64,000 nucleotides of DNA from Marispirochaeta sp. (GCA_963676835.2 CAXXFF010000002.1:1120001-1184000); one strand, 5' to 3'; positions 18,412 through 29,428 are shown, counted from the stretch's first letter. Numbers and translations are program-made. Notes: generated by a model from the letters alone, not told the origin.

Positions 18412-18481
18412 GTATACAGTATATTGCTGTATGTCACAGTCGGTCAAGTTTTGCAGACAGGCTCTTTCCGCTAAACCATCC

Positions 18482-19840
18482 TCACTTCTGTTTCAACTTT
18501 CGGTACAGCGTCGCTTCGGATATTCCCAGGAGTGCAGCAGCCTTTTTCCGGTTGCCGCCGGTTTGCTCGAGAGCTTCTTCTATTGCTTTCTGCTCGTAAC
18601 TGCGGATGGAATGGGCAGATTCTGCACTCTCTTCCGGTTTGTCGAATGCCTGCTCCGTGCTGGTGATATTCTCCGGAAGATTGCACAATTCTATGCGGGC
18701 GGTGGCGGAAAAAACTATTGCCCGGCGGATTACATTCTCCATTTCCCGTACATTACCGGGCCAGTCGTAATTTATCAGATATTTTAAGGCTTCTGCTTCG
18801 ATATCCGTTACCGGATGATGCTGATTTTCTTCTCCATAGAGATCGATAAAATGACGGACAAGCAGGGGAATATCGTCGGCTCTGTCTTTGAGGGCGGCAA
18901 TATTTACCGTAATGGTACTCAGGCGGAAGTAAAGGTCCTCTCTGAAGGTCCCCTCTTGTGATGCGGCAAGAATGTCCCTGTTACTGGCAGCCAAAAACCG
19001 TACATTAACGGAGGTTGACTTGCTGGCCCCCACGGGCCGAATTTCCTGTTCCTGAAGGACTCTAAGCAGTTTTGTCTGAAGAAGCAGAGGCAGCTCTCCT
19101 ATCTCATCGAGGAACAGGGTTCCTCCGTCAGCCTCTTTAACCAGACCGTCATGGGCCTCTGTGGCCCCGGTAAAGGCACCTTTGCGGTAGCCGAACAGTT
19201 CACTCTCTATGGTACTTTCGTTAATGGCGCCGCAGTCCACAACTACAAATGGAGCATCCCGGCGGCTGCTGTGGGCATGCAGGGCCCGGGCGACAAGCTC
19301 CTTACCGGTGCCGGTATGTCCCTGAATAAGCACAGATAAATCGCTTGGACCGACGGAAAGTATGGTTTGCTTCAGGCGCATCATTGATTCCGAGTTTCCC
19401 ACCAGCTTTCCGTATTCAAACTGGCTGAAGAGGATTTTCCGCAGTTCCGCAGTCTCCTTCTCCAGTTCCCAGATTTTTCTAAACTGCTGAACCCGGGAAA
19501 CCAGCATTGCATTGGATACCGGCTTTTCCAGCACATCGTCTGCGCCGTTCTTTATCAAAGAGACTGTATCCTGAACGGTGGCATTCCCGGAAATCACGAT
19601 AACATTAATGTTCTGATCAATCTCTTTGATTTGTTTCAGAACCTCGTGGCCGGTAAGCTCCGGCATCTGTAGATCCAGAATTACCAGATCCGGGGGCTGT
19701 TCCGATGTCTGCCGTAGAGCTTCCTTGGGCTTTTCAAAGCAGTGAATGGAATCAATTTCCTTATGCAGGGTGCGCTTGTAGGCATTTAGGATATTAACTT
19801 CATCATCGACGCAGAATACCGTAAAACCGCTGTTTTCCAT
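18482..19840 (-). CDS. Sigma54-dependent response regulator (NtrC family)
   Basis: Receiver domain, [35 protein letters not shown], Fis HTH. Confidence 0.93.
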   Translation of the reverse strand: MENSGFTVFCVDDEVNILNAYKRTLHKEIDSIHCFEKPKEALRQTSEQPPDLVILDLQMPELTGHEVLKQIKEIDQNINVIVISGNATVQDTVSLIKNGADDVLEKPVSNAMLVSRVQQFRKIWELEKETAELRKILFSQFEYGKLVGNSESMMRLKQTILSVGPSDLSVLIQGHTGTGKELVARALHAHSSRRDAPFVVVDCGAINESTIESELFGYRKGAFTGATEAHDGLVKEADGGTLFLDEIGELPLLLQTKLLRVLQEQEIRPVGASKSTSVNVRFLAASNRDILAASQEGTFREDLYFRLSTITVNIAALKDRADDIPLLVRHFIDLYGEENQHHPVTDIEAEALKYLINYDWPGNVREMENVIRRAIVFSATARIELCNLPENITSTEQAFDKPEESAESAHSIRSYEQKAIEEALEQTGGNRKKAAALLGISEATLYRKLKQK

Positions 19841-19892
19841 AAAATCTACCTTCTATATACAATCATATAGGGAGATAGATTTTTTGCAAGTT

Positions 19893-20333
19893 TTATCCTT
19901 TTCGCAGAGCCAGCAGAAACTGGTCCACCGATTCTTTCAGCTCAATAAGTTTTTTTATCGGATAGTCCATGTTTTCTATCAGTGTTAAGGGTACGTGAAC
20001 TGCCCGCTCCCGCAGATTTTTTCCGCTTTCTGTCAGGCCGATGGCTACCTTGCGCTCGTCTGTTTGTTCTCTTTTGCGGGTAATCAGGCCCTGTTTCTCC
20101 AGGCGTTTAAGCAGCGGAGTAAGGGTGTTTGTATTAAGGAGCAGTGCTTCGCTTATCTCTTTTACTGTAGCGGTTTCCCTTTCCCAGAGAACCAGCAGTA
20201 CAAGATACTGCGGATAGGTAAGCTCAAGCTTCTCCAGCAATGGCTGATAGTGCCTGGTTATGAGCCTGCTCACGGCATAAAAGGGAAAACAGAGCTGATT
20301 TTCCAGTTTCAGCAGGTCTTTCTGTTCTTCCAT
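19893..20333 (-). CDS. MarR/OhrR-family regulator
   Basis: LENQLCFPFYA redox Cys, LTYPQYLVL, TLTPLLKRLE, DER. Confidence 0.9.
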   Translation of the reverse strand: MEEQKDLLKLENQLCFPFYAVSRLITRHYQPLLEKLELTYPQYLVLLVLWERETATVKEISEALLLNTNTLTPLLKRLEKQGLITRKREQTDERKVAIGLTESGKNLRERAVHVPLTLIENMDYPIKKLIELKESVDQFLLALRKG

Positions 20334-20821
20334 TGGCTATCCTTGAGCAGTTTGCGAATTGCCGGTTCAATCTTCTCCGGTGCTGTTACGGGTGCAAAGC
20401 GGTGAACCGGATTCCCGTCCCGGTCTATAAGGAATTTGGTGAAATTCCATTTTATATTTCCGCCGAACCAGCCGGGAAGAGCATTCGTCAGGTATGAAAA
20501 CAGGGGATGGGCATCCGGCCCGTTTACCTTGATTTTTTTAAAGACCGGAAAGCTCACTCCATAGTTAATCAGGCAGTTTTCTTTGATCTCTTTCCCGTCC
20601 CCGGGTTCCTGATTACCGAACTGGTTGCAGGGGAAGCCGAGAATTTCCAGCCCCTGGTCCCGGTATTTTTTATAAAGGCTTTCAAGCCCTGCGTACTGAG
20701 GGGTAAAGCCGCATTTGCTTGCGGTGTTAACAATCAGCAGAATCTTTCCTTCATAGCTGCTCATGTCGATCTCTTTGTTCTGCAGGCTGTCTGCTTTATA
20801 AGTGTAGATTGGTGATTTCAT
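20309..20821 (-). CDS. Glutathione peroxidase (Cys type)
   Basis: VNTASKCGFTPQY, LGFPCNQF, IKWNFTKFLIDR. Confidence 0.93.
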   Translation of the reverse strand: MKSPIYTYKADSLQNKEIDMSSYEGKILLIVNTASKCGFTPQYAGLESLYKKYRDQGLEILGFPCNQFGNQEPGDGKEIKENCLINYGVSFPVFKKIKVNGPDAHPLFSYLTNALPGWFGGNIKWNFTKFLIDRDGNPVHRFAPVTAPEKIEPAIRKLLKDSQWKNRKTC

Positions 20822-20865
20822 GGAGGTAATATAGTAAGGTGGAGTAATGTAAGTCAAGCAAGATA

Positions 20866-20881
20866 ATATCGCAAGCGATAT
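20866..20881. promoter_or_regulatory. Palindrome, probable OhrR/MarR operator
   Basis: ATATCGC-AA-GCGATAT just upstream of the gpx -35. Confidence 0.5.
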
Positions 20882-20950
20882 AAAGTTGCGCTTTATTTAT
20901 GATTAAGGTAATATCCACTTTCTCAAGTTGTATTTTGAGAAGTTTATTAT

Positions 20951-22327
20951 TTGAGGTTTAATGTGAAGAGACATCTCATTTCTGCTGCTTTTCTATGTTT
21001 AGCTGTGTCTACATTCTTTTCCTGTGAAGATGCCGGTACAAGCGGAGACGGTGGTGGTTCCACGGGAACGCCCACTACCGATCCTATTGTTGATATAACC
21101 TTTTCCCAGATCGGTTCTGAGCTGGATGTTCCGGGGCGAAGTGCCGTGGATTACATTGGTTCGGATCTCGCTATTGACGGTGACTATGCGATTATCGGTG
21201 CCGGCGGTATGGATTCCAACCGGGGTGGTGCCTATATCTTTGAGTATGACGGCAGCAGCTGGTCTCAGATGGATTTTTTGCTTTCCGATGATATTGGTGC
21301 AGGAGACATCTTCGGTGGCAGAGTGGATATCAGCGGAGATTATGCAATTGCCGGTGCATCCTGGGAAGACGGAGGATCTTCTGCGATTGATAAAGCCGGC
21401 AGTGCCTATATCTTTGAGCGCAGCGGTTCAACCTGGAACCAGGTTATACAGCTCTTTGCAGAAACAAAAGGGGAAGATGACTACTTCGGTCATGATGTGG
21501 CAATCTCCGGGGATCTGGCTGCGGTAAGTGCATACTATGATGATGGGGATGACGGCGGCAGTCAGGATAATTGCGGCGCTGTGTATATCTATACCAGAGA
21601 ATCCGGCAGCTGGGTACTGGATGCAACCCTCCGGGAGCCGGTTGTGGAAGCGGGCTGTACTTTCGGTTATTCCCTTGATCTTGACGGCAACTACCTGGTG
21701 GTAGGAGCTAAATATAAGGATCAGGGTACCGATACCAACGCCGGTGGAGTCTATTTTTATGAGCGTGTCAGCGGCGTCTGGGAGCTTAAAAGCTCTCTTG
21801 GAGGGGCCCTTGGGCTTGCCGCCGATGATCATCTTGGAGTCCGTGCTGCTATAGATGGCGATACCGCAGTTGTAGGAGCAACAGGGGTTGATTATGATTC
21901 CTCCACGACTAATTCGGGTGCTGTTTATATTTTCAATAGAGCATCGAATGGGACCTGGACGTTTACACAGGAACTTTATACCACCTATGTTGATACTAAC
22001 GATAAGTTTGGCGACTCTGTTGCGGTGAGCGGGAATCTGATTCTTGTGGGTGCACCCTGTTACTATTACTCTACATACCGGCCAGATCAGGGACTTGTTT
22101 ACCTCTACAAGAAAAATTCCGATACCGGCACTTGGGCTTATGAAGCCAGGTTTCAGCCTCCCTATGAGGATAGAGATGATGATATTCTGCAATTAAGATT
22201 CGGCCAGGGAGTAGCCCTTGATGGTGAGCACGGCATGATAAGTCTTCCCGGTAAGGACTTTGACGATGATGACGGAGAGGATCCGGCTATTGTCGATGCA
22301 GGAACTGTATACGTCCTCGCAGAATAA
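20951..22327 (+). CDS. FG-GAP repeat (beta-propeller) lipoprotein
   Basis: Lipobox FFSC; repeated FG..V.ISGD.A..GA....G.AYIF units. Confidence 0.88.
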   Translation: MRFNVKRHLISAAFLCLAVSTFFSCEDAGTSGDGGGSTGTPTTDPIVDITFSQIGSELDVPGRSAVDYIGSDLAIDGDYAIIGAGGMDSNRGGAYIFEYDGSSWSQMDFLLSDDIGAGDIFGGRVDISGDYAIAGASWEDGGSSAIDKAGSAYIFERSGSTWNQVIQLFAETKGEDDYFGHDVAISGDLAAVSAYYDDGDDGGSQDNCGAVYIYTRESGSWVLDATLREPVVEAGCTFGYSLDLDGNYLVVGAKYKDQGTDTNAGGVYFYERVSGVWELKSSLGGALGLAADDHLGVRAAIDGDTAVVGATGVDYDSSTTNSGAVYIFNRASNGTWTFTQELYTTYVDTNDKFGDSVAVSGNLILVGAPCYYYSTYRPDQGLVYLYKKNSDTGTWAYEARFQPPYEDRDDDILQLRFGQGVALDGEHGMISLPGKDFDDDDGEDPAIVDAGTVYVLAE

Positions 22328-22338
22328 CCCGTTAACAG

Positions 22339-22362
22339 GGCCGGCAGCCGCCGGCCTCCTTT
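22339..22362 (+). terminator. Probable intrinsic terminator
   Basis: GGCCGGC-AGCC-GCCGGCC followed by TCCTTT after the FG-GAP gene. Confidence 0.45.
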
Positions 22363-22407
22363 ATCCTTGCGGACATCCTGTTCAATAGTGTACAGTTTCA
22401 CTCGATC

Positions 22408-23850
22408 ATGTTAATCCGTAGAGGTAGTATTGTGTTGCAACCCGTGCGTCGGCTGACTGTATGCCTGTTTGTTACTCTGCTCAGTTTTCTGATCCTTTTT
22501 TCCTGTACCACTGCAGGAAAGGCTTCTACAGGCACCGGAATGGCGTCTACTCAGGAGCCTGAGGTGAGTCTTGAGGAAGAGACCTTTCAGGGGGTCAGCT
22601 ATTATGCCGCCACCGGGGATCCCGGTGCTGCCATTGCTGCCTTCGAAAAGGCTAAAGAGGCGGATCCGAATGATCCTGCAACCCGGGTTCTCTATTCCAG
22701 TCTGCTCCTTGCTGTCGGTCAGTTTGCCGAGGCAAAGGCGGAGCTTGAAGCAGTTCTCGCCATTGATCCGGAAAATACTGATGCCCTGTATAATCTTTCC
22801 CTTGCAAACGGCGGTCTCGGCAACGAGGATGAACGCCGGGCAAATCTCGAGAAAATCATCGAAATCGACCCTGCGGAACCGCGAGCAAATGCCTCGCTTG
22901 GTGAGCTCTACCTGAAAGACGAAAAATATAAAGAGGCCCAGGACTACTTCAAACGCAGTATTGAGTCGGACCCGAACAATTTTGTTGCCCGCAACGGCTA
23001 CGGCAATGCCCTGCGCCGGACTGAGCAGTATGCCGAGTCCATTGAGCAGTACGATGCCGCCGCCGAGCTCGATCCGGACTACTCCTTTGTCTATGCCGAC
23101 CGGGCCAGGTCGAAGCTGAGACTGGGTGATTCCAACGGTGCGGAAAAGGATCTGGGCAAGGCCATTGAAACCCTGCCGGACCACTACTGGCACTATATCG
23201 ACCGCGGTAAAGTCCGGCTGATTGATCTTTCCCGCACAATAGATGCACTGGACGATTTTTCCAAAGCCATTGAAATCAACCCGGATCTCTTTTTTGCCTA
23301 TGTTTACCGGGGAGGAATCTATATTGATCTAGGCCGCTACGATGAAGCCCTTTCCGATCTTGAGTTTGTACATTCCAACCGGCCCGATTATTATCCGGTC
23401 TATCCCGATCTGGGGATGCTCTATTTTCTCGACGGCCGCTACGCTGATGCCAGGGACTTTTATATTAAGAGTGTAAAAGAAGATCCTGAGAATCAGGGCA
23501 TGCTGCTTATGACCGGTGCTGCCTGGTTTATGGAAGGGAAAACAGCCGAGGGTGTGGATTATTTCAAGAATATTGTGAATACCTTTCCCCGGGAGAGTGC
23601 CGCCTACCATGTAGCGCGGACCTTTACAGAGCCCGGGTATGAGTCAACTGCTTTGCGGAAAGTTCAGGAAGAAAAAGAGCCCTATCTGAAAAACCAGATG
23701 CTCTTCTTTCTGGCAGTATTCTACCGGACCCATAATCTGGGCGGCCTGGCGGATACCCTTTTTCTTGAAGTGGCCGACGCAAATATACTCTCCCTGAGAG
23801 AGACAAGAATTGCACGAGAGTTTATCGCCTCCATGGGAGTGACCAAGTGA
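22408..23850 (+). CDS. TPR-repeat lipoprotein
   Basis: Lipobox LFSC; multiple TPRs (ALYNL, AYVYRG, AIEINPD). Confidence 0.88.
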   Translation: MLIRRGSIVLQPVRRLTVCLFVTLLSFLILFSCTTAGKASTGTGMASTQEPEVSLEEETFQGVSYYAATGDPGAAIAAFEKAKEADPNDPATRVLYSSLLLAVGQFAEAKAELEAVLAIDPENTDALYNLSLANGGLGNEDERRANLEKIIEIDPAEPRANASLGELYLKDEKYKEAQDYFKRSIESDPNNFVARNGYGNALRRTEQYAESIEQYDAAAELDPDYSFVYADRARSKLRLGDSNGAEKDLGKAIETLPDHYWHYIDRGKVRLIDLSRTIDALDDFSKAIEINPDLFFAYVYRGGIYIDLGRYDEALSDLEFVHSNRPDYYPVYPDLGMLYFLDGRYADARDFYIKSVKEDPENQGMLLMTGAAWFMEGKTAEGVDYFKNIVNTFPRESAAYHVARTFTEPGYESTALRKVQEEKEPYLKNQMLFFLAVFYRTHNLGGLADTLFLEVADANILSLRETRIAREFIASMGVTK

Positions 23851-25040
23851 GTGATGTTTTTGTAAGTGATACCATAACCCGGGTACGCCTTAAAGATAAG
23901 GAAGTTGTACTTATTGGAACTGCCCATGTTTCATCGGAAAGTGCAGATGAGGTGGAGAAGGTTATTCGTGAAGAAAAACCCGACCATGTCTGTGTCGAGA
24001 TTGATGAAGGCCGCTTTGCGGCGATGAAAAAAACCAATACCTGGGAGAGTATGAACATTGGACAGGTGCTCAAGCAGGGAAAAGCCTTTCTGCTGCTTGC
24101 CAATCTGGTGCTCACCTCTTTTCAGCGCCGTATGGGTATGGACCTGGGTATTTCTCCCGGCGAGGAGATGAAGCGGGCCATAAGCGTCTGTGAAGAAGAA
24201 GGAATTAAGTTCTCCTTTGCCGACCGGGAGGTTCAGACTACCCTGCGAAGGGCCTGGGCAAAATCCGGCTTCTGGGGAAGGAACAAGCTGGTAGCAGCTC
24301 TTTTAAGTTCCGCTTTCAGCAGTGAAAAACTGAGTGAAGAGGAGATCGAGCAGCTCAAGGAAAAGAGTGCCCTTGAGGGTATGATGGATGAATTAGCTGA
24401 TTACCTTCCCTCGGTAAAGGCTGTTCTCATAGACGAGCGGGACCGCTATCTTGCCACAAAGATTTTTACCTCTCCTGGCAAACTGAATGTTTCGGTTATC
24501 GGTGCAGGCCATGGCCCAGGAATTATCCGGATACTGCATGAACTTGATAAGGGCGAAATAAGTACCGGCCTGGATGATATAAGCACGGTTCCTCCCAAGG
24601 GGAAGATCAGCAAGCTTTTGCCCTGGCTTATACCGATACTGATTTTTACCATTGTGGGATTCGGCTTCGTCAACGCCGGCTGGGAAAATGCCCTTTCCAT
24701 GATCTGGCGCTGGATTCTGGTTAACGGAACTCTCTCCGCGCTGGGAGCACTTATCGCCCTTGCTCATCCGCTGACTATTCTACTCTCTTTTGTTGCTGCT
24801 CCCATTACCTCGTTGAATCCGACTATCGGGGTGGGGATCTTTGCGGGACTTGTTGAAGGATTCCTGCGTAAACCCAGGGTAAGTGATTTTGAGTCACTCC
24901 ACGAAGATATTCTCTCAGTAAGAGGATTTTACCGAAACCGCTTCACCCATGCATTGCTGGTGTTTCTTCTCAGTTCTGTAGGGAGCGCCGTAGGAACCGG
25001 GATCGGACTTCCTTTTATTACATCTCTGATCAACGGATAA
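23847..25040 (+). CDS. TraB/GumN (pheromone shutdown) family protein
   Basis: LIGTAHVS, VCVEIDEGR, PGEEM, DRE, LIDERD, VIGAGH; C-terminal TMs. Confidence 0.9.
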   Translation: MSDVFVSDTITRVRLKDKEVVLIGTAHVSSESADEVEKVIREEKPDHVCVEIDEGRFAAMKKTNTWESMNIGQVLKQGKAFLLLANLVLTSFQRRMGMDLGISPGEEMKRAISVCEEEGIKFSFADREVQTTLRRAWAKSGFWGRNKLVAALLSSAFSSEKLSEEEIEQLKEKSALEGMMDELADYLPSVKAVLIDERDRYLATKIFTSPGKLNVSVIGAGHGPGIIRILHELDKGEISTGLDDISTVPPKGKISKLLPWLIPILIFTIVGFGFVNAGWENALSMIWRWILVNGTLSALGALIALAHPLTILLSFVAAPITSLNPTIGVGIFAGLVEGFLRKPRVSDFESLHEDILSVRGFYRNRFTHALLVFLLSSVGSAVGTGIGLPFITSLING

Positions 25041-25054
25041 GACGGAAAAATATA

Positions 25055-26182
25055 GTGGCAGGAGATTCGGCCCTCACACCCCGACTGGGGAAAGAGGAAA
25101 TCCTCAGACAGCAGGAGAGTCTGCGTACCAGCTTTCCCCTGGAAGAGGTGTTCTCCCGGCTCGATCTTATTGTCCTCCTCTTAAACCGGCAGCGCCAGAT
25201 TGTCGAACGCTATCCCGCTGATGCATTCGGCAGAAGCGAAGGGCTGGAAGAGACCCTGGGTATGCGCCCCGGAGAAGCCCTGGGCTGTGTTCACAGTGTT
25301 TCAGGTCCCGACGGCTGCGGTACCGGCAAGGCCTGCCGCCTTTGCGGTGTTGTTCAGGCGGTGGAAGAGTGCTTTGAGGAGCAGATCCCGGTTAAACGCC
25401 GCTGCATGCTCAGAACCGGCAAAACTGATACCAGGCTGGAAGGTTCGGAGTATCAGGTTACAGCCGTTCCTTTTCCCTGGGCGGATAATCAGTTTGTGCT
25501 GCTCTATTTTGAAGACCGTTCCCAGGAAAACCGCCGGCTGATGATGGAGCGTCTCTTTTTTCATGATGTGCTCAATACGGCTTCCGGGCTCAAGCTCTCC
25601 CTGGAGCTTCTGGAAAAGAAGAATATGCCCGCTGATATCCGGGAGGATGTAAGGAAGCTTATAGGTGTTTCACAGTCGCTGCTCAATGAGATCGGTGATC
25701 AGAAGACCCTGGCCGGCGCGGAAAACGGCACCCTTCAATTGCGCCGTGATTTTATTCATTCCACGGAAATGCTCGATATGCTGTGCAATGAGTTTGCCGG
25801 TATGGCGGAAAAAAGCGGTGTTATTCTCGAGGTAGCGCCGTTTTCAGAAGTATTTTCTCTTATAAGCGATGCGGGGCTGCTGGAGCGGGTTCTTGGCAAT
25901 ATGGTTAAGAATGCCATAGAAGCCTCCGGTGCGGGTGAAGTTGTCACTCTTGCCTGCAGTGATGCTGCGGAGGGCTCCCGCTTTATGGTAAGGAATCCAG
26001 CGGTCATCGATGAAGAGGTGGCTCTGCATATTTTTACCCGTTCATACTCCACCAAAGGAGAGAACCGGGGCCTGGGAACCTACAGCATGAAGCTTTTGGG
26101 CGAAAGCTACCTGGGTGGTTCTGTTGCTTTTACCAGCCGGCCTGCCGAGGGTACAGAGTTTTCCATTACCTTTTCCAAATAG
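25055..26182 (+). CDS. Soluble histidine kinase with Cys-rich PAS-like N-terminus
   Basis: GEALGC..CGTGKACRLCG; FFHDVLN H-box; NMVKNAIEA, STKGENRGLG. Confidence 0.88.
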   Translation: MAGDSALTPRLGKEEILRQQESLRTSFPLEEVFSRLDLIVLLLNRQRQIVERYPADAFGRSEGLEETLGMRPGEALGCVHSVSGPDGCGTGKACRLCGVVQAVEECFEEQIPVKRRCMLRTGKTDTRLEGSEYQVTAVPFPWADNQFVLLYFEDRSQENRRLMMERLFFHDVLNTASGLKLSLELLEKKNMPADIREDVRKLIGVSQSLLNEIGDQKTLAGAENGTLQLRRDFIHSTEMLDMLCNEFAGMAEKSGVILEVAPFSEVFSLISDAGLLERVLGNMVKNAIEASGAGEVVTLACSDAAEGSRFMVRNPAVIDEEVALHIFTRSYSTKGENRGLGTYSMKLLGESYLGGSVAFTSRPAEGTEFSITFSK

Positions 26183-26190
26183 TACAAATG

Positions 26191-27042
26191 CTACTCGATA
26201 AGTATTTTTTCACACTGTCGGATTAGATCCTGTTTTTGGCGAAGTGTATAATAGGCTGCAGTTTTTGATGCACCGTATATATTGGCAGCGTAGAATCCCC
26301 CGGTAAGACAAGCTGAAACCCCTGATCCAAAATGCGGGATATCTGTTTCCTGTTCAAAAAGAAAAAGGCCTACAGTAGCAAGCCCCATTGAAAGATTCAT
26401 GAGAAAAGCCTGGATCCCATCTACGGGATGTTTGCTGTAGATTTGCCCTGTTCCCGGAATAAGGGCAGACAATGAACCGCTGATTAGAGGGCTCTTTGTT
26501 TTTAACGGCAGCTCTGTTTGCAGAATTGTTATTGCTTTGTCGGTTATTGTCTCTGGTAGAATCCCTTTGGTATTCTGCAGGCGCTTGAGGGCAGCCTCAT
26601 ACTCTGAAGAAATTAACAGCAGCATAACTTCTAATCCTTCTATTGTCGCAGAGGTTGTATCTGCATCCCTTGTGGTTCTCGCAATGTATTGATCAGCCAT
26701 CACGAAATTATGCAGGCGGTAGTAGGAGAGGGCGATAATCTCGTAGGCTTGTTGTTGCTCTTCATAATTTTGTGTATTTATTTGCAGAAAAGAAGCTGCC
26801 TGCTGAATTGCATCATTGTAGAGCCCGGCTTTATAGTAGCATCTGCTTATCATAAGACGTGCATGTGCTTTTTCGGTTTGATTATCGCTGTAGTACTCGA
26901 TTTTCTTCCATTCGCTTATAGATCTGTAGTAGTCCTGCTGAGTAAACAGGTGCTGAGCGTATTCAATATCCTGGGCAAATATGTTTATTGGCCCTGTTGT
27001 GTAGAATACAGAAAGAACAATAGATAAAATTAATTTCTTCAT
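26191..27042 (-). CDS. TPR-like protein with C-terminal TM2-like hydrophobic segment
   Basis: Signal peptide, helical repeats, KSPLISGSLSALIPGTGQIY motif. Confidence 0.7.
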   Translation of the reverse strand: MKKLILSIVLSVFYTTGPINIFAQDIEYAQHLFTQQDYYRSISEWKKIEYYSDNQTEKAHARLMISRCYYKAGLYNDAIQQAASFLQINTQNYEEQQQAYEIIALSYYRLHNFVMADQYIARTTRDADTTSATIEGLEVMLLLISSEYEAALKRLQNTKGILPETITDKAITILQTELPLKTKSPLISGSLSALIPGTGQIYSKHPVDGIQAFLMNLSMGLATVGLFLFEQETDIPHFGSGVSACLTGGFYAANIYGASKTAAYYTLRQKQDLIRQCEKILIE

Positions 27043-27497
27043 TTTGCTTTATTCCCGGGAAGATAATAATCATCATTCAGTTTCAGTATATTTCCTTCTC
27101 CTGCGTAATAACTGTAATTTGACCATGCGGAAGGATTTTCCCGATAAAAATACCGATCAAGAAACGCTATTGATCCCCGGAAAATATCTGTACGTTCCAC
27201 TGCGGAGATTAAAAAGGACGAGCATGATGTTTTAAATGGGCAACGGGCAATAGTTGAATTTGATATTTGGTGATGGTATATCTCCTGAAGCGACCAAAGA
27301 ATCGATGAAGATTTTTTTGTGTCATTATCTGCTTTAGAAATATCTAAATTTGCAGTGCCAAATGGATCCGTGCTAAACCGTGAGGGGCCGGGAACCGGGG
27401 ATCCGAATAGTGGTAGTGAGATGGAGAATACAATCAGAAAAGCTATAAAAAAAGGACGCTGAGTCTGGGAGACCAGCGTCCATCCTGTTATTTTCAC
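27039..27497 (-). CDS. YidD-like (membrane insertion efficiency factor domain) protein
   Basis: YHHQIS..RCPFKTSCSSF..A..R resembles the YidD CRF.PSCS.Y motif; signal peptide. Confidence 0.6.
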   Translation of the reverse strand: MKITGWTLVSQTQRPFFIAFLIVFSISLPLFGSPVPGPSRFSTDPFGTANLDISKADNDTKKSSSILWSLQEIYHHQISNSTIARCPFKTSCSSFLISAVERTDIFRGSIAFLDRYFYRENPSAWSNYSYYAGEGNILKLNDDYYLPGNKAK

Positions 27498-27506
27498 AGT
27501 GGTGTT

Positions 27507-27992
27507 TTATCCTGCTTTTGGGAGGAAGGGTACAGCGTGGGACCGTAGTTGTCCGGATGCATCAAGAGCGTGAAACACAAGGTATACAGTTTCTTCCGTG
27601 TCGGCTTCTACGGTGACCAGTGATACATTAATTTCGTTAGGCTCCAGTTTCCACATGGCACCATCGACAGCATCTACGACAAGGCCAATGATTCCACCGC
27701 AGAGTATGTTTCCTATCGTCCACATTTCAAACTCTTTTGTAATCTGTACAATCTGATCCTGATATCCATCGATGGTAACTTTGACGGTATACTCGTTCTT
27801 CTTTGGAAGAGAAGTCGTCACCGGTGAGTATCCATCAAAAAAGACTTCACCGCTTTTTGCTGTGATGACCACATGTGCAGATGGATTGGATGTTACTGAT
27901 ACATCTTCTTTGGTTCCCTTTACAATGGAGGCACAACCGAACAACGTTATTACTGTTAGAATAATTGACAATGCTAAAAGTGTTTTTTTCAT
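27507..27992 (-). CDS. Hypothetical lipoprotein (PEGA-like)
   Basis: Lipobox LFGC-ASIVKG, VTSNPSA, GNILCGGIIGLVVDAVDGA. Confidence 0.75.
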   Translation of the reverse strand: MKKTLLALSIILTVITLFGCASIVKGTKEDVSVTSNPSAHVVITAKSGEVFFDGYSPVTTSLPKKNEYTVKVTIDGYQDQIVQITKEFEMWTIGNILCGGIIGLVVDAVDGAMWKLEPNEINVSLVTVEADTEETVYLVFHALDASGQLRSHAVPFLPKAG

Positions 27993-28212
27993 ATTTACTC
28001 CAATTAAAATATGTGTACATCATAAATAGCCGGTGTGTTTAATGCAAGATCTTTTTTTGCTATAAGCCAAAAGATTTATTTTACATATACACTGCTTCGA
28101 TATCCCCTTTGACAGCTTTTCTTTCTCAGTGTAATAAATAAGGAAGATCTCTATATATTGAAGATAAAGAGCAGTGTTTCAGGTATGCCTTGAGACAGGC
28201 AGGGAGGTATCC

Positions 28213-29415
28213 ATGGCCAGGGTTATGATTATAGGTGCAGGCGGTGTAGGTACTGTTGTTGCACATAAGGTTGCACAGCATCCGGAAGTATTCAGCGAAG
28301 TGATGCTCGCCAGCCGCACAAAATCCAAATGCGACGATATTGTCGCCGGGGTTAAGGAAAAGACCGGACGGGTTATAGCAACTGCCGCCGTCGATGCTGA
28401 AGATGTTCCTGCGCTTACGGCACTTCTCAAGGATTTTAATCCCGAAATAGTAATAAACGTAGCCCTGCCTTATCAGGATCTCACTATAATGGATGCCTGT
28501 CTGGCCGCCGGGGTCAACTATCTGGATACTGCCAACTATGAGCCCAAAGAAGAAGCCAAATTCGAGTACAGCTGGCAGTGGGCATACCAGGAGAAGTTTC
28601 GTAATGCCGGTCTTACCGCCATTCTCGGCTGCGGCTTTGATCCCGGTGTAACCGGTGTTTTTACCGCCTATGCCGCAAAGCACTATTTTGATGAAATGCA
28701 CTACCTGGACATTATCGACTGTAATGCCGGGGATCACGGCAAAGCCTTTGCCACCAATTTCAATCCGGAAATCAATATTCGTGAAGTTACCCAGAAGGGA
28801 AAATACTGGCAGGATGGCAAATGGGTTCTCACTGAACCTCACGAAATACACCAGCCTATCAACTACCCGGGAATCGGCCCGAAGGAGTCATATCTTATTT
28901 ATCATGAAGAGCTGGAATCTCTTACAAAGAATTTCCCTTCTTTAAAGAGAGCCCGGTTCTGGATGACCTTCGGCCAGGAGTATCTGACTCACCTGCGGGT
29001 AATTCAGAATATCGGTATGGCCCGGATTGATCCGATTATCTACAACGGTGTCGAGATTGTTCCCATCCAGTTTCTTAAAGCCGTACTTCCCGATCCCGGC
29101 GAGCTTGGCGAAAACTATACCGGCCAAACTTCCATCGGATGCCGTATCAAGGGAGTAAAAGACGGTAAGGAAACCGGCTATTACATCTGGAACAACTGCA
29201 GCCACGAAGCTGCCTATAAAGAAACCGGAGCCCAGGGGGTGAGCTACACAACCGGGGTGCCCGCCATGGTGGGAGCCATGATGTTTCTGAAAGGTCTCTG
29301 GAAACAGCCCGGGGTGTATAATGTGGAAGAGTTTGATCCCGATCCCTTTCTTGCCCAGCTGGCGGAGGATGGTCTGCCCTGGAACGAGGAACATAACGGC
29401 GACTTGGAGCTGTAA
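28213..29415 (+). CDS. Carboxy(nor)spermidine synthase / saccharopine dehydrogenase family
   Basis: IIGAGGVG, INVALPYQDLTIMDAC, GCGFDPG, FATNFNPEINIRE, YHEELESL; GGAGG SD before 28213; nspC nearby. Confidence 0.92.
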   Translation: MARVMIIGAGGVGTVVAHKVAQHPEVFSEVMLASRTKSKCDDIVAGVKEKTGRVIATAAVDAEDVPALTALLKDFNPEIVINVALPYQDLTIMDACLAAGVNYLDTANYEPKEEAKFEYSWQWAYQEKFRNAGLTAILGCGFDPGVTGVFTAYAAKHYFDEMHYLDIIDCNAGDHGKAFATNFNPEINIREVTQKGKYWQDGKWVLTEPHEIHQPINYPGIGPKESYLIYHEELESLTKNFPSLKRARFWMTFGQEYLTHLRVIQNIGMARIDPIIYNGVEIVPIQFLKAVLPDPGELGENYTGQTSIGCRIKGVKDGKETGYYIWNNCSHEAAYKETGAQGVSYTTGVPAMVGAMMFLKGLWKQPGVYNVEEFDPDPFLAQLAEDGLPWNEEHNGDLEL

Positions 29416-29428
29416 GCTCTCAGTCTTC

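Noticed and set aside
20309..20821. Selenocysteine glutathione peroxidase
   Set aside because: Active-site codon is Cys (TGC); no in-frame TGA.
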